Assembly: GCA_947627435.1 (NCBI GenBank)
Contig: CANQWB010000004.1
Span: forward strand, 19,331-51,330
Length of the DNA: 32,000 nucleotides
From: an uncultured Bacilli bacterium
GTDB taxonomy: Bacteria > Bacillota_I > Bacilli_A > RF39 > UBA660
Direction of reading: 5' to 3'
In this document: piece by piece, positions 6,767 through 14,342 of the stretch
Numbering within the stretch: the stretch's first letter is position 1
Layout: each line of letters begins with the position of its first letter
Translations under genes and position numbers: made by a program
Notes under the pieces: generated by a model
What the model was told of the DNA's origin: nothing
Seen by the model: the letters and a program-made list of their open reading frames with translations, nothing else
Database searches by the model: none

Positions 6767-8688
6767 CTTGTCATTCCTCCTTGTGATAAGTTATCCTTCA
6801 TTTGTATTTCTGCAAGGTGTTCTAATCTTTTTTCATCACCATGTGTCCACATAGATTCAAAGGCAGCTCTTGGCTCTGCACCTATTTGTTTCATAAAATC
6901 TCTGACTACTTCAAAATGTTCATCATCAACAGAAGATAAACCTACTGCGGTTGCGAATTTTTGTGATATATCCATTTCTAAATCGACATCTGAATAATTG
7001 TGCTGAATAACATCTTCTACACTTATGACTTGCTGTTTTACAAAAGCTGTAAAATCCCATGTTAACTCGTCCCCTATTAGTGCTCTTAACATTGTTGGCT
7101 GTTTCGTTTTATAAAGTAATTTAGATGCCATTTCCCATTTTCTTGGATCTGCATTTGGTTTATCTCCAGTATAAGGAGTTCTTAATACATCATAACCACT
7201 GTAAGATTTATACGCTATATAAGCATAAATGGCAGGATGAATTTTTGCATCTAGTTTCTCTTCTTGATAGTCTAACCTTTCATATTTTTCTTTAGGCGTA
7301 GATGCCCATCGCAACCAACTATCTACTGTAGTATGAATATAAACATGAGCAAATCTGTTAAATAATGGTTCAGCCATTTGATTAGCCGCTAATGAATCAT
7401 TCAAATCGTTTCCTGCGGCAACGATTCTAGCATTTGTTGGTAATTTCCATTTACCATTTACTTCACCATCTAAAACAATATTAAATGCCATACCCTGTAT
7501 AGAAGGAAGTGCATTGGTTAATTCATCAAAAAAGATAATATGAATTTTATTTGGTTCTGCTTTACATTTTTCTAATACGCGTGAATACCATGTTGGTGGT
7601 ACATCAATCATTTCTCCCTTTTCCGCATTATAAACACTTTTTCCATTTAAACTATCAGGAGTTGCATTTCTCATATATATAATTTCACAATCTGGATCCA
7701 ACTGTTTTACTCTTGCAGATTTACCTTCGCTTGATTTACCATGTAAGAATACTGAAATATTACTTTCTACTGCTCCTCTTATGATATCTTCTTCTGATAC
7801 TTTATCAAAATGAAAGCCATAAGGATTTTGTTTTCTGACAGATTCTTTTCCTTCTACAATTAATATATTCGATTTCTTTTCTCCTTCTGAATTTTGTGTT
7901 TGCTCTAATTGGTTGTTTTTTAAAACGCTATTAGAAACGATTTCTTTTGAAAAATAACGATCCATAAATTGTTTGATATCCGTTTTATCAAAATCACCAT
8001 TATAAGTTTCGTCATTTTTAAATTGTACTCCAGAAAAAAGAATTTTCTTGGAAAGTGCTATATCAGCTTTTTCATCAACCAACCAAATAATTGGTTCTAC
8101 ACGTACCCAACGTACGTCTCCTAACTTAACCCGTCTACCATCAGACAAAATTTCTTCAGCACAGTTTTGATCTACCACAAAACGAATATATCTTTTTCCA
8201 TCATATTCATATTCAATATGTTGTCTGTCTTGAAAACTTATACTATAATCGTTAACTTGAACTGAGTCCGTCGTGTATTTTCTACCTGTAGTTCTTAAAT
8301 ATCCAGTATAGTATCTGTTTTCTAATAAAGTTTTCAAATGATAGTTATCAACAATTGTTTGTGGATATTCGCCATATGCAACTTCTAACACTCCACTATT
8401 TTCTCTCCCTTTGTACGAAGAGATAGATTGGATGGAAGAATAAGGTAAAGCTGGGCGTGCCCCACCAGTACGTCCCTGAATATTGCTCCAACAATAACTA
8501 CCATTCGTGTCAACGTTCCATGCATTACCTGTCCACCAAAAACCAGTAGTATAATCTTCTGATGACACATAACCACCTAATAAAATCGCAAAATCAGTGA
8601 TAGCACATTTGGTACCATATTTATCAAATATATCTAATCTAGAGTTTCCAAAAATAAGGTCATCAGTTAAAAAAGTACAATTAGTCAT
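6763..8688 (-). CDS. AAA+ ATPase (MoxR/AAA_5-like core) with a ~260-aa N-terminal non-ATPase domain (DUF6273-like motifs) and a ~190-aa C-terminal extension
   Basis: 641-aa ORF with RBS AGGTGGTG. Walker A is GKSSEGKS (7717-7740), and I verified the codons GGT AAA TCA AGC GAA GGT AAA TCT. Walker B is IIFFDE (7522-7539). Sensor-1-like ARIVAAGN and PLFNRFAHV are present. The N-terminal 260 aa read AITDFAILLGG...GFWWTGNAW...GGARPALPY, then AYGEYPQT...VEPIIWLVDEKADIALSKKILFSG. There is no signal peptide or TM segment. Confidence 0.75.
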   Translation of the reverse strand: MTNCTFLTDDLIFGNSRLDIFDKYGTKCAITDFAILLGGYVSSEDYTTGFWWTGNAWNVDTNGSYCWSNIQGRTGGARPALPYSSIQSISSYKGRENSGVLEVAYGEYPQTIVDNYHLKTLLENRYYTGYLRTTGRKYTTDSVQVNDYSISFQDRQHIEYEYDGKRYIRFVVDQNCAEEILSDGRRVKLGDVRWVRVEPIIWLVDEKADIALSKKILFSGVQFKNDETYNGDFDKTDIKQFMDRYFSKEIVSNSVLKNNQLEQTQNSEGEKKSNILIVEGKESVRKQNPYGFHFDKVSEEDIIRGAVESNISVFLHGKSSEGKSARVKQLDPDCEIIYMRNATPDSLNGKSVYNAEKGEMIDVPPTWYSRVLEKCKAEPNKIHIIFFDELTNALPSIQGMAFNIVLDGEVNGKWKLPTNARIVAAGNDLNDSLAANQMAEPLFNRFAHVYIHTTVDSWLRWASTPKEKYERLDYQEEKLDAKIHPAIYAYIAYKSYSGYDVLRTPYTGDKPNADPRKWEMASKLLYKTKQPTMLRALIGDELTWDFTAFVKQQVISVEDVIQHNYSDVDLEMDISQKFATAVGLSSVDDEHFEVVRDFMKQIGAEPRAAFESMWTHGDEKRLEHLAEIQMKDNLSQGGMTR

Positions 8689-8918
8689 ATTGACACCACC
8701 TAACTATATCATAGCATATTTTTATATTTTTTAATAGTTTTTCTACGCATCATAGTTTAATTCTTTGCATTAACTATTTTTTCAATCACATTTGTAGATT
8801 TTGGAATCACTTCTATTTTTTTATAATTTTCATATGATTTAACCAACTTACTTGTAACACATTATACCAATTCATAAAAATAGAGCGATTATTTATCATG
8901 GATTGTTTCATTTTTTTT

Positions 8919-8948
8919 ATAAAAAAAAATCAATCATTACGATTGATT
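8919..8948 (-). terminator. intrinsic terminator after the flippase gene; right copy of the 29-30 nt direct repeat
   Basis: The hairpin is the same as at 4901-4929 (AATCAATC-GTAAT-GATTGATT), here followed by T9 on the minus strand. It lies 5 nt past the stop at 8954. Confidence 0.7.
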
Positions 8949-8953
8949 TTAGA

Positions 8954-10561
8954 TTATGATTTTCTAAAACGAGAAAGTACTTGTTTCAATATTCCACTTT
9001 TAATTACAGTTACTCCATATACAATGACGCCAAGCACTGTATAGAATAACACTTTAATAATGGCTATCATGCGGCTTTCTGTAGTAACAGGTATGAATCT
9101 TCCTATAATTTTTAAACTTACATACATAATCAGTGTAGAAAGAATGATTTTTAAAATCATATAGAAAGTATTTCCAAATACAATTTTATGTTTATGCTTT
9201 AACTGATATAATACAATCGCAATCACAATTCCTTGTGCAATTATAGTTGCTATACTAGGTCCATAATAAGATTCCATACCCATGATATGACATAAATACA
9301 TAATAGGAATATTTAAAATCACTTTTAATAAAAATCCAAACAATAAACTTCCAAGCGCTACTTTAGTATCATTCATCGTTTGCACAATATTGAGTAAAAT
9401 GGTCATACAACAAAATGTCAAAGCTTGAAAAATAAAAAGGGAAAAAATAGAACTACATATAGAATCTGCCCCATAGAAAATAGTCCATACAGAATCTGCT
9501 AAAAAAGAAAGTCCAAAAACCATTGGCAATACAAAAAATAACAATACTTGTAAAGCTGCTTTGATTTTAATACTCACTTCTGTCATATTTTGATTGACAT
9601 AAGCACTTGCGATATTAGGAACTAAACTCATACTAATTCCAAGCGCAATAGATATGACTATCATATTTAATTTTGTGCCCCAAGTATTTAATACCCCTAT
9701 AACACTTTCAGCAATACTGGCTTCATATCCAAGTTGCGTCAACGTTTTGACAACGGTAAAGGTATCTACTAAAGAAAACGCCGATTTACATAAATCAATT
9801 GCTAAAAAAGGAAACGCATAGAAAATAATTTTTTTCACAATCACTTGATTGGTTATTTTTGCTTCATTTCTAGTTATTTTCGGATGACAATATAATTCTT
9901 CTTTGTGATGATATATTTTTGATCCTAAATATAAATACGCAATAATGGCACCTGCAGTCGCACCAAATACAGCTACCCCTACAGCGGTATCAATGGATAC
10001 ATGAAATACCTTTAAAGCCAATAAACTGCCAAGTAGAATCACGCTCACGCGCACAAGTTGTTCTAAGACATTTGCTTTACTCACGCTATCCATCATTTGA
10101 TGTCCCTGTAAATATCCTTTGGTAACACTAAATATTGGTACAATCAATAAAGAAGTAGAAATAATGCGAATTACCATGGTGACACTTTGCACTGTATTTC
10201 CACCAGTTAAATTACCCAAAATCAAATGGGCAAGAGTTGGTGCAGAAATCATCATAATCAAATACAGTACAAATGATAATGCTGTAATTACAAGTAAACC
10301 TATCTTATATACTCGTTCTTTACTATTTTGATATTGTAATGTTTGATATTCACTTACAAGTTTGGAAATCGCAATTGGAATCCCACTAGTTGATAAACTC
10401 AAAAAAACGGCATAAATAGAATAAGCATAGCTATAAAGAGCGCCTCCCCGACTTCCTACCATAGAATAAAAGGGAATCACATAGAGTAATCCTATCATTT
10501 TACAAATGATAATTCCGATGGTGGCAATCAATGCACCTTCTAAAAAATTACTTTTTTTCAT
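8954..10561 (-). CDS. MOP-superfamily flippase (MurJ/SpoVB/YtgP-like polysaccharide or lipid II flippase)
   Basis: 535-aa polytopic membrane ORF. The N-terminus KSNFLEGALIATIGIIICKMIGLLYVIPFYSMVG...ALYSYAYSIYAVFLSLSTSGIPIAISKLVSE is typical of the YtgP/SpoVB subgroup. The RBS GAGG lies after the stop of the small upstream ORF. Confidence 0.75.
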   Translation of the reverse strand: MKKSNFLEGALIATIGIIICKMIGLLYVIPFYSMVGSRGGALYSYAYSIYAVFLSLSTSGIPIAISKLVSEYQTLQYQNSKERVYKIGLLVITALSFVLYLIMMISAPTLAHLILGNLTGGNTVQSVTMVIRIISTSLLIVPIFSVTKGYLQGHQMMDSVSKANVLEQLVRVSVILLGSLLALKVFHVSIDTAVGVAVFGATAGAIIAYLYLGSKIYHHKEELYCHPKITRNEAKITNQVIVKKIIFYAFPFLAIDLCKSAFSLVDTFTVVKTLTQLGYEASIAESVIGVLNTWGTKLNMIVISIALGISMSLVPNIASAYVNQNMTEVSIKIKAALQVLLFFVLPMVFGLSFLADSVWTIFYGADSICSSIFSLFIFQALTFCCMTILLNIVQTMNDTKVALGSLLFGFLLKVILNIPIMYLCHIMGMESYYGPSIATIIAQGIVIAIVLYQLKHKHKIVFGNTFYMILKIILSTLIMYVSLKIIGRFIPVTTESRMIAIIKVLFYTVLGVIVYGVTVIKSGILKQVLSRFRKS

Positions 10562-10575
10562 ACTTCAAAACCTCA

Positions 10576-10749
10576 CTATTTTTGATAAATAATCATAGCG
10601 GAAAAACAATATACTTGTTCTTCTGAAAATACACTCAAAGAAACTTGATATTTAATATCTATTACTTCTACATCTTCTTCACTTAAAAAGTCATTAATCG
10701 CCGCTTCTAAATCTTTTTCATGATCCTCATCAAATAATTTTACTTTCAT
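10576..10749 (-). CDS. Cse60-like small sporulation protein (57 aa; below the ORF-track size cutoff)
   Basis: My own translation of the minus strand gives MKVKLFDEDHEKDLEAAINDFLSEEDVEVIDIKYQVSLSVFSEEQVYCFSAMIIYQK*. The pattern VKLFD..HEKDLE..IN.FL....IDIKYQV....EEQ.YCFSAMI.Y matches my memory of the Cse60/YteV family. The stop TAG is followed by GAGG and the flippase ATG. Confidence 0.6.
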   Translation of the reverse strand: MKVKLFDEDHEKDLEAAINDFLSEEDVEVIDIKYQVSLSVFSEEQVYCFSAMIIYQK

Positions 10750-10775
10750 ACTATCACCTGATGAAAATATAACAT

Positions 10776-12320
10776 TTATACATGTCTAAATCTGTTGATT
10801 TTAGAAGAAATTTCACTCTTTATTTTTTCATAAAAATACTTGAAATCTTCTGATTTTCGAAATAAGAAATAAAATAAGACATTGACAATTAAAAAACATA
10901 AAACAGCTTTTAGGAAAAACCATATTAAATTTTTATTTGGAATCCAATTGACAACCCAATAAGTGAAAAAAGTAGTCCCTATCAATATTAGTAAAAAATA
11001 TATATATTTTGTGAAATAATGTTTTGCACTTTGTTGAAATCCATAATGATACACAATATAAGGATCTATCCAAGCAACCGTCACAAGGCGACTAATGATA
11101 GTTCCTAAAACAACTCCCGCAATTCCCATAAAATGTACTAGTATAATAGATACAATTAAATTGATTGCAATCATAACAAGTGGACGATATTTGGCCTTCC
11201 AAAATAATCCATAAGCATTACGAAAAGAAGTTGTCACAGATTGCATACCAGTAATATAAAAATTAAAGGCAAGTAACAATATTACGTTAAATGGTAATAA
11301 ATACTCTTTTCCAATCCAAATTTGAATAAATGGATTGAACAATACCAACAAACATATACTACAAAGTGCATATAGCCAAAAATTCACCAAATTTAATTTT
11401 TCATAGACATTTGCACTTCTCTTACCATTGGTCGTTACAACTAAATTACCAATACTAGATGTAATCGCATTAAATAGTTGATTTAAAATAAGTGTTAAGG
11501 AATTCATAATCAATAAATAGTTAGAATAAATACCAACCATGACTAGACCAATATATTTTGAAATCACAATGTTATCTGTTCCGTTTGTCACAACATTTCC
11601 AACACGATAAATTAACAAGGCCGATACATTCTTTTTAATATCATGAATATCTTGTGGATCCATTTTTCCAACCTTTTTTTGTTTTAAAAATGGGTACAAT
11701 TGCATCGCTTTATGGGATATATATATATTTTGAATTACTACAATAAAAATACTAGATAATAAGAATAAAATATAATTTTTGGTTGTGATTAATAGAATAA
11801 TTTGTAATATGGATAAAATTGTAGAAAAAATAAAAATGATTTCCGCTGTAATATAACCTTTTTGATCCGATTCAATTAAAAATCTCTTGTATACAAAGAA
11901 ATAGCTAGATGCAGAATGAATTACAAAAAGTGCATAAATCCATGGAAGTGCAGGAATACTTGGCATATCTTTAATGATGAAACCTAAGAATGGAGTTAAT
12001 GATAATCCTACCAGCAAAACAAATACTCCTATTACATTATATACCTTTGCATAAAATTTCATGAGAATATTAATTTTTTCTGTATCATGTTCTGCCAAAG
12101 GCTTATATAAACTATAAGGAATCGCAACTCCAATGCCCAAATCTGCCAAAGAGAGCATAGTAATAATATTTGAAAAAAGGCCATTGACACCTAGATATTC
12201 AGAACCTAAAGTATGAATAAAAACAGTTTTTACAATAAAATTAATGCACACGGTTAAAACTTGTGTCACAATGGATACTGTTGAATTACGAATAGAGTTT
12301 TGTGTTCTTGATTCTGCCAT
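10776..12320 (-). CDS. Wzx-like oligosaccharide/polysaccharide flippase (MOP superfamily)
   Basis: 514-aa polytopic ORF. The N-terminus SIRNSTVSIVTQVLTVCINFIVKTVFIHTLGSEYLGVNGLFSNIITMLSLADLGIG is typical of Wzx/RfbX-type exporters. Confidence 0.7.
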   Translation of the reverse strand: MAESRTQNSIRNSTVSIVTQVLTVCINFIVKTVFIHTLGSEYLGVNGLFSNIITMLSLADLGIGVAIPYSLYKPLAEHDTEKINILMKFYAKVYNVIGVFVLLVGLSLTPFLGFIIKDMPSIPALPWIYALFVIHSASSYFFVYKRFLIESDQKGYITAEIIFIFSTILSILQIILLITTKNYILFLLSSIFIVVIQNIYISHKAMQLYPFLKQKKVGKMDPQDIHDIKKNVSALLIYRVGNVVTNGTDNIVISKYIGLVMVGIYSNYLLIMNSLTLILNQLFNAITSSIGNLVVTTNGKRSANVYEKLNLVNFWLYALCSICLLVLFNPFIQIWIGKEYLLPFNVILLLAFNFYITGMQSVTTSFRNAYGLFWKAKYRPLVMIAINLIVSIILVHFMGIAGVVLGTIISRLVTVAWIDPYIVYHYGFQQSAKHYFTKYIYFLLILIGTTFFTYWVVNWIPNKNLIWFFLKAVLCFLIVNVLFYFLFRKSEDFKYFYEKIKSEISSKINRFRHV

Positions 12321-12398
12321 ATCATCACATATCTTTCTGTTATTATTATATCGAAAAATACAATACTTGTAAATTCTAATTTTCTTTCATGTATATAT

Positions 12399-12423
12399 AA
12401 AAAAGAAGTAATGAATTTACTTC
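12399..12423 (-). terminator. intrinsic terminator after the M23 peptidase gene
   Basis: GAAGTAA-attca-TTACTTC is followed by T6 on the minus strand, 12 nt past the stop at 12435. Confidence 0.6.
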
Positions 12424-12434
12424 TTTTACAATCA

Positions 12435-13631
12435 TCAATAAGCAGTAATACGATCAGTCCAACGATTATAAAGACCTGATGGAAAATTAATGACACTTCT
12501 AGGATTAATAGAATATTTTTGATTCAATTCATATGTCCAATTGACATAATCCACCAAAAAGCGTCCCGTTGCGATAGTCACATGTAAATGTGGACCAGTA
12601 GTACATTGATCATATCCACCAGCAGTACCACCGGAATAACCAATTACAGTATTACGTGTTACTTCTTGACCACTACTGACGTTGATGGATGATAAATGTG
12701 CATAAACAGAAGTATAATATCTATTATTGATATTATGATGTACAATTACCATGTTTCCACCACAATTATAACGTACAACCGAAGCAACCATACCAGTACC
12801 AACGGCATAAACAGTAGTACCAACACCAGCACCTATATCAATTCCTTCATGCCATGATCTTCCTAGTAAATCTCTTGGTCCCCATTCACTCGTAATATAA
12901 CCTGACTCCGTTGGACGATAGAATGCTGTACCTTGTGGTAATACACTACGACCACAAGTTGCAATATCCTCATTTTCAGTACAACCTTTACTTCTGTATA
13001 ATGCAATAACTTCTTTTTGATATTCAATTGTATCGGCAATGTCTACACTGACAGCATCTAAATCTACAATCGTTTGTCCTAATAAATTTTTCTTTTGTTC
13101 TAGCTGTTCTTTTTGATTGGCCATTTCACTTTGTTTTTTCGTTAATTCTTCTTGTTTTTTCTTAGATTCATCAATCGTAGCATTATATTGGTCAATCAAT
13201 TTTTCATTATAACCAGTAATTTGTTCAGATACTGCAACACGATAGATAAAATCTGTAAAATCCTGTGCTCCAAATGCATATTCTAAGTAAGCAGATTCCC
13301 CATTAGAAATTTGCACAAAATGGATAATATCTTTCATTTGTTGATCTTTCTTTTTGATCTCTTCATTTAAATGATCAATTTCAATTTGTAGATTTGCCAT
13401 ATCGACATAAATTTGATCAATATTACTTTGTAATCTGACAATTTCTTGATTGGCTTGATTAATTTCTTCTTGTGTTTGCGCTCTTTTGTTTTTGTTTTCT
13501 GAATACTCTGCTTCTTTTTGTTCTAACTCTCGTACTAATTCACCCAATGTTTTGGCATGGGCGACAGTTGGAACACAAAAAGTAGTTGATAGCATCATAA
13601 CAATACAAAAAACGGAAAATATCTTCTTCAT
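12435..13631 (-). CDS. Secreted M23-family peptidoglycan metalloendopeptidase with an N-terminal coiled coil (EnvC/LytM-like architecture)
   Basis: I moved the start to the ATG at 13631 (MKKIFSVFCIVMM...), which has GAGGTG 5 nt upstream. The track's GTG start lies inside that RBS. A signal peptide ends in VAHA, followed by a long coiled coil. The M23 motifs are HEGIDIGAGVGTTVYAVGTGMV and GPHLHVTI. Confidence 0.85.
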   Translation of the reverse strand: MKKIFSVFCIVMMLSTTFCVPTVAHAKTLGELVRELEQKEAEYSENKNKRAQTQEEINQANQEIVRLQSNIDQIYVDMANLQIEIDHLNEEIKKKDQQMKDIIHFVQISNGESAYLEYAFGAQDFTDFIYRVAVSEQITGYNEKLIDQYNATIDESKKKQEELTKKQSEMANQKEQLEQKKNLLGQTIVDLDAVSVDIADTIEYQKEVIALYRSKGCTENEDIATCGRSVLPQGTAFYRPTESGYITSEWGPRDLLGRSWHEGIDIGAGVGTTVYAVGTGMVASVVRYNCGGNMVIVHHNINNRYYTSVYAHLSSINVSSGQEVTRNTVIGYSGGTAGGYDQCTTGPHLHVTIATGRFLVDYVNWTYELNQKYSINPRSVINFPSGLYNRWTDRITAY

Positions 13632-13642
13632 ACAACACCTCA

Positions 13643-14272
13643 CTACTCTTTCAATTGCTTTTTTATCTCTTTATAGTTTGGACAATATTTCATGACGAGA
13701 TTCCAAAATTGTTTAGAATGATTAAAATGAATTAAATGAGATAATTCATGAATAATCACATAATCAATCGTTTCGAGTGGATAATGTAATAACTCAGCAT
13801 TCAAGGTAATTGTTCTACTCTTTCTATTACATACACCCCATCTAGTTTTCATACTACGAATACGCATACGATAATATGGAATCTTTTCTTCAAATTTTTG
13901 ATAACAAATGTAATAACGTTCTAGAAAAATTTGTTTCATTTGTTTTTGATACCATTTTTGCAACTGCTCCCTACTGGAAGTATATATATGATCATGAATC
14001 ATTTCTATATGATCAGTAGGTATTATAATTATATCATAACTTTCTCCTAAGTATATGAATTTTTCTTGCTTTTGTTGTTTATATTGACATTTTGTAATCA
14101 TTTTGATAATGGCATCCTCATTATGTTTCAAAATATCTAAGATTTGTTTTTTCGTGACAAAATAATTTGTAGATACTTCTATTTTCTCATCTTTCATACG
14201 GATATACGTATGTTTATTATTTTTTCGAATCACTTCTACAGGGTATTCTTTTCCATTTATTTGATACTTCAT
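13643..14272 (-). CDS. DUF45/YgjP-like (M48-related, WLM/SprT-like) zinc metallohydrolase
   Basis: The translation contains RWGVCNRKSRTITLNAELLHYPLETIDYVIIHELSHLIHFNHSKQFWNLV, which is the characteristic HExxH...H block of the family. I prefer the second ATG (14272), which has AAAGGG 6 nt upstream. The stop abuts the M23 gene. Confidence 0.75.
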   Translation of the reverse strand: MKYQINGKEYPVEVIRKNNKHTYIRMKDEKIEVSTNYFVTKKQILDILKHNEDAIIKMITKCQYKQQKQEKFIYLGESYDIIIIPTDHIEMIHDHIYTSSREQLQKWYQKQMKQIFLERYYICYQKFEEKIPYYRMRIRSMKTRWGVCNRKSRTITLNAELLHYPLETIDYVIIHELSHLIHFNHSKQFWNLVMKYCPNYKEIKKQLKE

Positions 14273-14302
14273 ATGCATCCCTTTATCATTATATCACACA
14301 TT

Positions 14303-14327
14303 AAAAAAATGAACTATTTGAGTTCAC
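14303..14327 (-). terminator. intrinsic terminator after the YfcC-like gene
   Basis: TGAACT-caaat-AGTTCA is followed by T7 on the minus strand, just past the stop at 14343. Confidence 0.55.
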
Positions 14328-14342
14328 TTTTCATAATTTTTT

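Noticed and set aside
8861-8869. Extended -10-like TGGTATAAT on the minus strand upstream of the AAA+ operon.
   Set aside because: It is plausible as the operon promoter. However, it has no recognisable -35 element, lies about 170 nt from the start codon, and sits in very AT-rich DNA where such matches are frequent. I did not list it as a feature. TSS mapping is needed.
12266-12496. 76-aa minus-strand ORF bridging the M23 peptidase 3' end and the Wzx-like gene start.
   Set aside because: It runs through an intrinsic terminator (12399-12423) and overlaps two well-supported genes out of frame. I consider it spurious.
14288-14296. TGATATAAT extended -10-like element upstream of the DUF45-like gene.
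   Set aside because: It lies only about 8 nt from the RBS, leaving essentially no leader. It is probably a chance match, and the gene may instead be transcribed from further upstream.
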